Below, in pieces: positions 1 through 13,527 of a DNA stretch of 64,000 bases. The position numbers were made by a program, and so were the translations under genes. How positions within the stretch are numbered: position 1 is the first letter of the stretch; every line of letters begins with the position of its first letter. Source of the DNA: Chrysomallon squamiferum (Eukaryota > Animalia > Mollusca); assembly GCA_012295275.1 (NCBI GenBank), contig CM022665.1, positions 35,092,001 through 35,156,000 of the forward strand, written 5' to 3'. The notes beneath the pieces are model-generated. The model was not told the DNA's origin. It saw nothing but the letters and a program-made list of their open reading frames with translations, and searched no databases.

Positions 1-425
1 AATGGATTAAAAACAAAATAAATATTTAATAATTTATTTTTTATGTTTGTGATATTCATAATAATAATTCTTTTTATTCATATTAATATTATTAAAGATT
101 TACAAGAAAATGTTTTAATGTTCTTTCTGGTAGTCATATCAGCCATTATACATTTTTTCTTGTGATAAAACAAAGAATAAAAGCAGAATCATCAGATGTT
201 AAAAATTACAAATGCCAGTACATCCACTTTTCAAAATCAGTCAATATTTTCTCATCATTGTTTAAACATTGAAATAATAAGCAATAATAAAATCGTTCTG
301 AAAGATTCAGATATTGTATTTGGGGAAAAAATACATTTATAATTTCATGGAAAATTGATTATGATGCATTTGCTGTGAGGATTTATAAATTTGGATTTTT
401 ATATTTGGTTTCTTTAACATTTCAG

Positions 426-3400
426 GCTGTTCTACAAAAGAGTGACAGCGAAACTGACCGTTTGAGAGAAGAAAACAAAATACTGAAAAACTTGGTAATT
501 AAATTTTACTAATAAAAAGAAATGTTAACAAGTTTAAAATACGTGTGCATTAGCAAAATCAAAATAATAAATTAGTAACAGTAAAACTGATTGTTATTAA
601 TAACAATTAGGGTTAATACTAGGGACAACAATAATAGTTTTCATAAATATTTAAATATTTCTACTAACACACCATGCATTTAGAGATTTTATTTGTTAAA
701 AAATCAATGGTTATATAAGAATAGAATTTAAATTTAAATCAAAGATAAGCTTTTCTACTTAAATATTTCACACTGTATTTCTTATAATGTCAGAAACAGT
801 TCAGATATTTTTAATGATTGATAAGGGATATGGTTTAATTTTCATATTTCATTTATTTATTTTTTTATTATTATTTTTATGTTAAAACAGGTTGATGATC
901 TGACAGAACAAGTGCAGTCTAAGCGCGAGTCAGATGATGTCATTATGGTGGCAGTGAACAACAAAATAGAAGAATGGAAAGTAAGCTAAAGTTCTACACA
1001 AATTTTAATGAAACTCAAATCATTTTTGGGTAAAATTGTTTATAAACTCAGTATCCTCTGAGAGAAGAAGTTTTATTACAATAAAATATTTTTAGCAGAA
1101 TCTTTTGCTCTTTGACAGAATATATATTTTTTTTTTATCAAAACCTTTTGGATATTTACAGATAAAATGCAGGATTCAATGAATTTTTTATTAATTTTCC
1201 TTTATGACTGATTATTGGCATAGAGCAAATATATTAAATGAGTCCGTATATTTTTAAAACAAAAATTTTACTTAATTGTGTTTTACAGTTACTCAGTTTG
1301 CTTTCTTCAAAACAGATTTGGTGTTTAGACTATTTTATATAAATGGATGCTGATTTCAGCTAATGTCAGTGGTTAATGACACATTTAACTTGTAACAGGA
1401 GCTGGTGAATGAAAAGAATCATCAGATTTGTGAACTACAGGAGACAGTGGCTAGGTTAAAAGAACAATTGATAGCAGCCAACATGGACACTGACAAGACA
1501 TCTGTGACAGCATTGGGACAGGTTTTCAATATTTATATTTCATTTTACAAGTAATTGGGTTATTTAAAAAGAAAGAAATTGCAGTACAGAATATTTCAAA
1601 CATTTTTTTTTTCTTTTAATTCAACCTAATATTTATTTTTTATTAAATTGAATTGAAATTTTAAGTTGTATATTATGAATTAATTTTTGCACAGCATTTT
1701 TAATAGGAATTGTAAATAAATTTAGACATGTAGATATACTAATTTTTAAAATATACTTTTTATAGTTTAGGTTACATTTTATTTTATTATGTAATTAATG
1801 TCATTCAGATGATATAAATCCTAAATTATAACATCTTTACATTTATAAAAATAAGTTTAGCTGATGCAGGTATACTGACATTTCAAATTTAGTGACTAAT
1901 GCTTTTATATTGATTAGATAATTATGGACAAGGACAAAGAAATTAGTGATCTGACTGAGAGAGTTCAGATGTACACAGCAGATATGGAGAGGAATGCAGC
2001 CATTATTGAAGACCTCAAAAATGAACTGGCCAGAGGTTGATATCTGAACCTTTTACACCAAAACTTTATATATTACTTTTATTTGGACCCAAAACGAATT
2101 CTAAGCAGTTTTATCTTCATAATTATTATAGATACACATAATATTAGATGGCTGTTTTGAGTCTTAGTAAGACGTACAAGTGTTGCTAAGTTTTTATGTT
2201 TCACAGTGCTTGACAAGACGTTTTTCATCTTTATTCTTTATAAAGTTAGAATCCACTCAAAATCTGTTAACATGTAAAGTTAATACTAGAACAATGGCTA
2301 CATATATAGTGTGAATTTAGATTTGTCATTTAAAATAAATACCGTATGGCTACAGAACAAAAATAAAACATTAACATACTGCTAATGAGGAAATGTGAAA
2401 TGCAAATGTAATTTTTGATTTGTATTTAAATATATCATTCTTTAATATTTTTTAACTTCTTTATAATTTTTTATTATTATTTGAATTATATAGATTTTTT
2501 ATTTTTGTTTTTTGTTTTGCTAGCTGAAAAGGGTGCAGGAGGTGAACGGTTACAGGCAAAGATTCAAGAACTACAGAAAGAAAACAAAGGAATAAAAGAA
2601 GAACTGAAACAGCTGAAGGAACTCTACAAACATGTAATTTAATATTTTTATCTTAAAATGTATTTAATATAATGACTATATCTGACAGTGTATTTTTGTT
2701 ATACAAGTTTGTATCATGATACATAACATTGACATATATTTTTCAGTAAATTAACTGAACTGCTGTTAACATTTAAATAATACAGAACAAAACGTATTAT
2801 TTATAACTGTGAAACCTCAGGCAGCATTTCATATATTTTAAAAGTAGAAACATATTTGTTGTGTTTGATTTGAAAACTTATGACAGTATTATGTTACATT
2901 AATTAGGTTGAAGAAGATGCTCAAGCTAAAGACAAGGAGCTGCTTGAGGCCCTTGAACAACTAGACAAATATGAACGAGTGAGTGAAGACTTATTTAACT
3001 TTTCTCTTTAATAATTAACATTGGCATAAGAATATAGTTCACAAAACCAGTTTCAAAAAAAAATCTAATTAAAGATCACCAGCCTTTATTCATAATTTAT
3101 TTTGCTTAAGTAGCTGTATTGTATGTCAAAATATAAGATGGTTAATTCAAACACAAATTTAATTGCATTACAATTCAGAAAACCAATTTCAAATGTTAAA
3201 TTGATTATTTAATTATTTTTCTTTTTGTTTACTTATTGATCACCATTACCTCTATCACTCTAAAAACTTTTAAATTTTGTCATTTAAATTTTGTTTTCTT
3301 TTTTTCTTTCTTTTTTTAATATCAGGGTTGGGGTTTTTTTTTTACTATAAATTTTTTTTTTTTTTTTTTTCCCTGACATAATTATACAGTTTTCAGAAGT

Positions 3401-6400
3401 CAAATTAAAAATTTACAAATGGGTTAAGTAAATAATTTAGATATGTTTGTTTATCTTTATTTTAATTCAGGGTGAGTATGGCCTCAAGGATGCTGTTGAT
3501 GAGATAAAACAGCACAAGAATAAGATAAAGCAGCTAGAAAAGTAAGATTAAATTTACTTGATGTTTACTTTCGCAGAAATAACTTCAGATGTTTCCTTTA
3601 ATTTATGGAATTATCATTTAAGGATATGTTGAACAATTGTACACATTATATATGTAAGTCTGCAATAAATAAAGAGTAAATAATTAAACTAAAAGAATGA
3701 TAATTTGCACATGCAGTGAAAAAGAAATAAAATAAAAATAATAATGACAGATAAATTAACCTAGACATTTTATGAAAATGTTATAATTAACCATGATCTG
3801 TTTTATAGTACTTACTTTTGAAACAACTGCAGTTTTACTCATTGGTAAAACATTATCTTCCAGAGAACTGGAAGAATTTACTCAGCATATCAATAAAGCA
3901 GAGATGAGAATCAATGAAATTCTGGATGAAAATGAAGAACTAAGATATCGACTTGGCATGGACCCTAAGGAACCTCTGGATATGACTGAGTTTAAGAAGA
4001 ATAAAGCAGTCAGAAAAGAAGAAGAGAGAGCTCTGAACTTTGCTCTGCAAGGAGAGGTGATAACATTTTGTTATTTTAATTCAGGCCACTTACACCATTA
4101 GCAACTGAGTCAAATCCTTTCCATCTTTTGTTTTATTGGAAATGTATGGACAGTTTTCTTTTTACATCACATAAAAAAGAGATCTAAATTAAATTCTTAA
4201 TTCAGATTTTAGTGACAATAGCCATACTTTCATATTATTTAGTTTCAATCAATACTGAAAATAGTTGAGATTTCTTTCAGACTTGACCATTTATAGTTCA
4301 TATGTAACTGATATGAATTATGAATGTAAAACATATGCAGAATCTTTTTTTTTAAATAGATATATACACACATGCGCATACATGCATACATATTTTATCA
4401 CTATATGGTTTCATATTATTATTGGGCAGAAATTATTAACCTGAGGTCTATGTCTATGATAATAGTGGATTCATGTATATTACATTATCTTGTTTATAAT
4501 ATTTTTAAAATATCTGCTATTATAGCTGCAGATGAAGTTAATGTTGAAAGTAATGTTTTTGATTTTTATCAGATTGAAAGACTCGAGGAGGAAAGAATTG
4601 AACTGAAGAAGAAAATCAGAAAACTGGCTCAACAGACTGGACAGAGGTTAGCAATCACACAAACACCTAAAGATACATACACAAATAGAGAAAATAGAAT
4701 TTACATGAAAACAGTTTGAGGTTGTTTCTTTTTGCTGAAGACATTTATTTTATCAGGATTCATATGTGAATCATTCTTCAAACATTTGGAAATTCTGAAA
4801 ATATTTATTTTATAATTGTCATAATATTTACTAGCTTTATATTTCTGTTTTCTTTTCCTTTTCCTTTTTTTCTTTTTCTGAATTAATTTTATAATTATAA
4901 ATAATAGTTTAGAAATGTTCAGCTTTCCAAACAATGTATTTCAGACATGCATAATCAGATTTCTTGAAACTGTAACATTGATTAAAAAAATTATTATTAT
5001 TATTAAATATTTTAAATATTTTTTATAATGTTTTATTCAGAGCTGTAGCACTTGGTCTGACAGCTGAAGACATGTTGGCTGTACAGGATTTCACAGAGGA
5101 ACTGAAGATAAAGAAAACACAAGGGCAGACAGTCAGCACCACTGCCAGAATTGTCAGAGATGTTGAGAAAGAAGACAGACATATTCGAGTATATTGTGTT
5201 TTAAAATGTCTTTCATTCATAAGCTTTAATTAACATTCTTAAGTAACTTTTTCTTAATATAAATTATAACAAGATACAAAATACTTTTATTAAAACAAAA
5301 ACATTTTTAAATGATTTTAAATTTTTTCAACTAATTATAAGAAAGTGTTAGAATTGAAAAATAACTGAAAACAATATGGAGATAAAAACAAATAAATTTA
5401 CACAGGAATGGTACAAGAGCATTGTGTTCTGTACTTCTCTTGCATGTGAGTTGAAATTGTCTAAATAATTGTTATTACTTTTATATTTACACATTTAAAT
5501 GATGAATATATTTATTAAGAATGGTAGTTTTAAAAATTGGTAGAAATGCCACATGCCATATGTGTTTGTTGTTTTTAATTTTTTTTCTTTTTTCTATTTT
5601 TAACTTGAATACTACCTTGGGTATATTTACCATTTCCAGCCAAATGAATAATGTAGTTCATACATTAATGTATTTTTCACAGTGTATTTTGATATGGTTT
5701 ATGCATACAGGGAGAACAGATAGACAGAGAATTCATGAGGAACCAGCAGGAGTTAGACAGGAAGGATGAGGAGTTGTCTAGACTGAGAGTGATGGTTCGA
5801 GAGACACAGGATGAGAATAAACACTTGGAATCAGCACTCAAAGAAGTCCTGGAAACCATGAAGAAAGTTGATAAAGGTTGGTGAATTAAATTAACATGGT
5901 ATTTTTAAAATTCCATTGTATTTGTTCATCAAAACTAGTGCCCTGTAATGTTATTTATGATGTTATAAATGTTTGTTCAAATGTTAATTTTAATAAGGAC
6001 AAAAGAGATTAACCTTTCAAAAACATTTCCATTCATTGTTGAAAATACAACAGGAAACTGTTTTTATATCTTTTCATCTTATTTTAATATCCATTAAAGA
6101 AATATTCTTTCAGTGCTTCATAAAAATCAGCTTCAGTATTGATTAATAGCAAATTAAGAAATACTTAAAATACAGTTTATAGTAGAAAAACCATTATGGA
6201 TTAGTAATTTTATAAATGTGAATTGTTTCCAGTTACAATATGATTAAAAATATTGTTTTACTTTTTCTTTTCCAGAAACTTGTGGTGAAGTTGAACCTAA
6301 ATCTTTCCCAAGTATTGATAAAATGTTGGCTGTAAGTAAATTTCATTTCTACTTTTGTATTATTTTCATTTACATTTTTTCATTTTGTCTGTGCTAATAT

Positions 6401-9400
6401 ATCTTTTAATCACAAAACTCCAGAATTTAATTATCACTAAAATATTTTCTGATTTACTAAGAAGCATTTATAATACTTAGCAATTAATAGAAATATTTAT
6501 AATATATTTAAACTCAAAATTACAAAACATAATCTTGATTAGACAGCAGCCATTAAAAGCTAAAAAGAAATGAAAATAAATTAATAGTAATTTTACAAAG
6601 AGGAAGTAATATGTAATTTATGAACAAGAAACATTCATTATATTTTAGTTATTTTTTAAGGTATCACATTTTATCTTTTAATCACACCTAGGCGATTGAA
6701 GCAAAAAAGGTTGTAGGCAGTTATGACACGTCACTGTACATGAAAGAACAAATGGATGTACTGAGAGGAAGAAATGAGGAGCTGAGGCAAGCACTTCGTG
6801 AAACTAGAGTTGAATGTAACAAATTATTACTAGAAAGAGATAAAGCTTTTCAAAAGGTTTGTTAGTTTTCTCATCAAGAGATTTAAAAAAAATAATAATA
6901 TTTCCTCTGAGATTTTTTCTTGTTTTTTTTTTAAAAAGGAAGAAATTAATATGTTTTAATCTTAAGAAGTTATAATATTTATTTACTATTTTATTTTTAT
7001 TTTTTATTTTCTTGTAATTATCTGCTCTTACAAGATAACAGACTGACATAATTTTTATGATTAATTAAAGTTATCATTTTCAGTAAATAAATAAAATATT
7101 AAAAAATAATTAAATGATTTGTATATATGTTTTAAGAATTAGCCAAGGATAATTTTCTTTTTATTTATTTATTTGTTTTTATAAAATTCATCAGATAACA
7201 ATTATTTAATTTTTATTTAATGTTTTCTAGATTGACAAGATGGAGAAGGAATATCAGATGTTCCAGGAGGCAGGAATAGCTCCAGGAGTGTTCCAGCCAT
7301 TACCATTACCAGATGGAATGGCTGTGACCAGCACAGAAGTGATTGCCAGTCTGAATGAACATCTTGTTGTTGTGTTACAGGTCAGTTGTTACCATCATTG
7401 ATACATTTGATTACAAGTTTACTTCAGTTTTGGTTTTGTTTGCAAACTGGGTTTAATCTAAATTTGATAATTAAAATGAATAATAAATACAAAGAATCAG
7501 AGAATGAGTATTATCTTTTTTGTTCTTCCTTTTTTTTTTATTGTGATTATTATTATTATTAAAATTTAATTAAACAAACATTTCTAACTACAGTTATATC
7601 TTTTATCAACTTTTTATTTGTTTTATATATATAATATCCGAACAATAATAATATATTTCTTGTAAATATTTTTAATTATTATTCTTATTCTTTTTTTCTT
7701 AAATGTTTATAAATTTTGTTTATTCAGGAGTTGTCGCTGAAGGAAGAAAGCATGAAGAAAATAGAGTCAGCTTTGGAAGATTATAAAAGGAAATACGCTG
7801 TAATGAGACACCAGCAAGGTCTACTGTATCAAGACTATCTCAATGATAAGAAGGTTTGTATATATTCTTATATGATAATTATTATTTACATTTTTTTTTA
7901 TTTAAACATTGCTTTTATTTTTAAAAAACTAGTAAACATGTTAAAAATACATATTTGTATTATTTATATTTTGATTCCTACATCAGTCACAAGAAAATAT
8001 CTAAAAGCCTTCCTATTATTAAATTTTTTATTATTTTTTATAATCTTGCATTGCATGTTTTTCTTTCACCTAATTAGTACCAGTTGTGAAAATCTGGATT
8101 ATTATTATTACCGTATTTTAATTTTCTATAATTATCACTGTGTAGGAATGGGAAGCTGAAATGAACAAACTGAAGGAAGAACTGGCTAAAGTAAGAGGAG
8201 AATTTGAAGAAAACTCTGTCAGAGTACAAGAATTTGATGTAAGTATAGTCTTTTCTCATTCATTTATACTTCATGTAAAAACTATATAAACTTATATTTA
8301 CCCTGATTTAATCATAATTTTAACATTTTCTAAAATTATTTGGCTTTTCTTTTTTTTAATTTTGTTCTATTTATTTTTTAAATAATGTGTTTCACTTCAA
8401 CTGAATATTGTTTGATATATTTCTTAAATCACTGACATTAAAAAAAAAAATGCTTATTTTAACTTTGCAGCGATTGTTGGACACTCTTGGGAAAGATGAT
8501 GTTGAGGTTCGGCGACGTTTGTCAGAAATGACAAGGCGAATTACCATGCTAAGAGTAAATGAAAAAGCTTTAACCAGACGACATCAGATAATGCAGGAAA
8601 TAGAGGGATCTCTGAGAAAGGTAAAACATAAAGAGAATGTAGTAAATAAATAGAACATGATAGAAATCAAAATCAGTGGGACAGTATTTTGAGTATATTA
8701 TCTTTCTTTTTAAAAATTTTAGATTGATGTTTAATATATTCTGACATGTTATGCATTTGAAACTTTTAAGTAATATTTCTGCATTAAAGCAAAATCATTA
8801 CACTGAAATTTCACAGCAGAAATAAAGATAATATAGATAAGGATAAGAGGTAATTAAAATTTGGTTTAATAACTGTAAAAAAGGTAACACAGATACATTC
8901 TGTTACAGGAGCTGAACAACAGTCGCAATGAAATGAATCAGATGCAGACAGCAGTGTCTGAGAGGATGGGATACCTACAGAGATACAAGGTACGATATAA
9001 TCACAGTTTGATATTAACAGATTAAAAATGACTTAATTAAGAATCTGTATATTATATGAAGGGTATATTTTACTTGTCTTTGAAACATTTCAGTAATTGT
9101 TGAGATGTAAAAAAAAAACCAAAACAACAACAGTTAAATAATAAATAAATAATAATGATGATGACAAAGAGCTTAATTTAAGTTTTAACAGCATAAATAG
9201 ATGTTAAATTAATAGTCTTCAAATGCCAGATTTGATTTTTTTGTCGTAATTGAATGTTTTCATGAAGTAACTTATTTAAATATTTGATACTGATAATATT
9301 TTTTGGCCTGTCTCATATATTGTATATTTCTTCATCATATACTTGTTTTCTTTGGTTAAATAAGATTTATTATGTTTAGAAATACCTTTTATTTAGGATA

Positions 9401-12400
9401 TGTCATCATTCAAACTGGCTGCCCTGCAAAAGTCTCTTGAAGACTCTGTACCATCTTCAGACCTGGACAAAGTGAATCGGCAATATCATGAATTGACAGA
9501 GAAGTACAGAGATCTGCTTGAGAAGGGAAATACACTTGTTTCCAGAGCTGAGGCTGTTGTTGGTCTGCAGGTAAATTAGAAGTATAAAGTTAAAGAAACA
9601 TAAATATTTAAATGTCGAGACCTTCAAAGGAAGAAGTGATGAAATATTTACAACAGAAATTATACTTCATCAACATGAAAAAACTGTGTAAATAATAGAT
9701 TCTGAAAAATGTTTTAATACGTAAATGTTGTGTCATATTACTAAATAGATAGGTACAAATTAAAAGTATAAAGTTAAAGAAATGTTGAGACCTTCACTGA
9801 AGGTTCAAAAAAAAGAAGTTTAATTAATATGATGAAACAGTGAAAGTAAAAGGTTCTAAAAAAGATTTTAATAGGTAAATGATGTGTCATTACTAAGTAG
9901 ATATTACTAATTATATTAAACAGTAAGTACTGAAAATTACATGGTAAATAAATGTAATTCACTCTTTCATTGCTGTCATGTTTAAGTTAATGTTCAGATA
10001 TAAAAAAAAATTGTTGAAATCTAAATCTCTTAAACTGTAGGAAGAGATAAAACGTTTGACAAATGAAAATGAAGCAATAAAGAAACAGGCCGAGATGGAT
10101 AAAGAGAAGTTACATGCATTAGAGGCAGCAATGGAAGAACTGCAAAAAGAGGTACAAATTGTAAACAAAACAGTATTTGAAATAACATCTGGATAAATAA
10201 TGTTTGTTTTAAAATTATATAAGAATATATTATATCATCTAACAGGATATTGTGGTTTTAAGAATAGAAACTGGGTAATATCTTTAAAGGGTTAAACTGC
10301 AACTTTAAAAGTATAATATAATTGTTTTAATTTAAGGTTTATTTTATTTGTTTTTTTAACCATTTATATTCCAAATTGGAACATTGTTTCAGTAATAAGG
10401 TGCTATTGCATTTATTTTGCTATAAAATATTTTTTTTTTTTTATTAATTATTTATTTTTAATTTTTAAATTATTTTGCTTTATATATTTTTTTTTATTTT
10501 TTTTTTTATTTTTTATATAATTATTATTTTTTCATTGATTTCATGTAATAGTAAAAAAATAAATTAGTTTAATTTTACCTCTTGTTTACAGGTTTCACTG
10601 AAGGAGCAAATATATCAGTGACAGATGCTGACATTGTTTCTATTTCAAAGAAAATAACAATGTTGGAGATGAAGGAAATAAATGAGAGACAGAAATCAGA
10701 GCATGCAGTGCACATGTATGAACAACAGAGAGATATACTACGTGAACAGGAGGCTCGGAACAAGGAGCTGGAGGATAAATTTGCTGAGGTGATTTATGTG
10801 TATGAGAACTTAACATTTTATTAATGTTAAAGTAATGAATATTTAATCTGATATATTCGTACACTTTATTTCAGTAAATCAACTTTTTATCATTAAGGAA
10901 AATGTTTGGAATTGGTCTTTTTAATTAATAATCATAATGATGATAAATAAATTTAAAATTTGAAAAAGTGAAAACAACTTTTAATTAAGAAAAATAACCG
11001 TAAACATTAACATTTGTATTTCCTTAATAAGCAGTTTTCTGCATTTATTAATTTGAATGTCGTATATAGAACTATATATTAGATTCCTAAAATTATTTTG
11101 ATATTCTAAATTGTAAAAGCATTTTCACAATAAATAAATTCCAAAATTAAAAATTAATTCTTATTAAGGAAATAAAAATGTTAATGTTTTAAGGTTATTT
11201 TTGATTCAGGAATTTATTTTCTCTTTAAACTATATAATGTATGAAAGAATACAGAAAAATTTAAATGCTTCAAATATAATTATGGAATGTTCTGTCTGGT
11301 TTTTAGGTAACAAAACTGAACTTGGAGATGCAAAAAGCAGAGAGACAGTTAAGAGATGAACTGGCCAGTAAGTTACACATTTAATTATTTTTTTTAAATC
11401 ACCAATTTACATTTATTAATATTTATTTTGTTTTTGTGCTGCTGTTGTTGTTGAAGTAAAAGGTAATAAAGTTAATAATGGCTGTATCGAATAATGGTAG
11501 TTGTAGTCATAGAGATAGTAACAGCAGCAATTGTAGGTGTAGCAATATTAATGTTTATATGGATATTTATGCAGATTATATTAACATTGTATTTGAAGAC
11601 CAATTTCAAGTGAACTGTATTATTATACTGCAGATTCTGTAACAAAAGCTGCGAGTGAGAGAGACAGAAAGAGAATAATGGACTTGGAAGAATCAGAAAT
11701 GATGTTAAAACAAGAAGTGTCAAAACTGAAGGTATTTTTTACAATGCACCACTGATAATTTTATACATAAATGATTAATGATAAATTCTGTAAAAATGAG
11801 TATGTTAGTTTGGGTTGCAGTCAATATTTTATAGTGGTTTTTACCAAACATCAGCCTTTGTGCTTCTAAACAAACCTTTTATTTTGCAATACTTTATTAT
11901 TAGCAAAGCTTGGAGTCATCTTGGAAACAAAACAATGATTTGGAAGTTCACATAATACATACAGGCTATACAAGGGTACACCTTTAAGTTCAACAGATTT
12001 GTTCTTGTACTTTTTGTTTTAATTTGTTTTATATATATATATATATATATATAAATTTGGGGTTTTTCCTAATAGGAAATTGCTGAGGTGGCAGCATCAC
12101 AAGTGAGAACTTTAGAGATGCAGCACATTTCCCATGAGAAAGAATGTCAGTCACTACGGCAACAGTTGATTGACTTCCAGATGCAAACTGATGAGAAAAC
12201 TATCATAGGTAAACTTCACATTAACATATTCATTCTGATTATTATTATTATTATTATTATTAACAAATGTTTTTGATTTTGGGTCTTTTGCAATTCTTTT
12301 TAATTAGCCAATTGTAAAAATATTAACTTTTTTCTTCTTTTTTTTTTCTTTTTTAAAGTAATAATCATTTATAGTTTTTGATGAATATAATTCTTTATTT

Positions 12401-13491
12401 TCTATTGACATTCATAGGCCAGAAAATTATAATTAAAGGTTATCTTAACAAATATAATTATCAAACAGGTAAACTCCAAAGACATAATTTTCAATAGATG
12501 TTCATTAGACACAATTAATGTTACAGGTAAACTTCACAGACATATAGTTCAGCTACAGGTTAGTGAAGGGACAGCAGTGAGAAAGCTTGCTGAGGCTCAG
12601 AAGAAGATAACTAAACTGGAGGCACATGTACTACGCAGTGAACAGAGAATTGACGACAAAGACCAGACTCTAGTCCACTGTCGTTCTGAAGCTCAAAACA
12701 AATCACGCTACCTTAAACGAAATCTTCAGGTGAGTTTTCTTTAGTTCTGGTGGATATTATTAAGATAATTTTGTTCTTTCTTTCTTTCTTTTTCTAATTT
12801 TTTTATTTTTTATTATTATGTGCAGAAATAAATACATTCAAAAATTTCAAAGACAAATTATCATTATAAGTATGCCTTGTGAAAATTCACTTAATGACAG
12901 TAATGGACATCAGATACCTTACTAAAATGACAGATATTATTACTACTACAAATTATTTTTTAATAAAATAAATATTAGTCCTCTTCATCTGGATTTGAGT
13001 ATATGACTACTTAAATATTTTTATTTTTTTTAAAGCATTAATATTTAATAAATTAAAGCAAATTAATTCCAAACTTGCTTTAGTTAATTCTCTTAATTAA
13101 ATTAATTATTTAGGATTTTTCATCATCTCAAAATGTGAAAGCACATACTGTATTGAAAATATTTTTCTATGAATATGCATCAAAATTGTTATTAATAATC
13201 TAGGCAAAAGAAAAAAGAAACCATTGTTGAAACATTTGATGTATTAGGAAAAAAGTTGAAAGAGTTCCTGAGAATTTAACATTCTGTATATTTCAGGAAT
13301 TGAGAATTCAGTTTGCTGGTGCTGTACCATTGTCTAAACAAGAAAAGTTTGCCAAGAACATGCTCCAACTAAGACAAGATAAGAGTAAACTAGAACAGGA
13401 ACTCCTAGATGTATGTTATTAAATTTATTAATACTATTATTATTTTATTTTCATTAAACTTATTATTGTAATCATTATTTTAATATTATTA

Positions 13492-13527
<36 letters not shown>

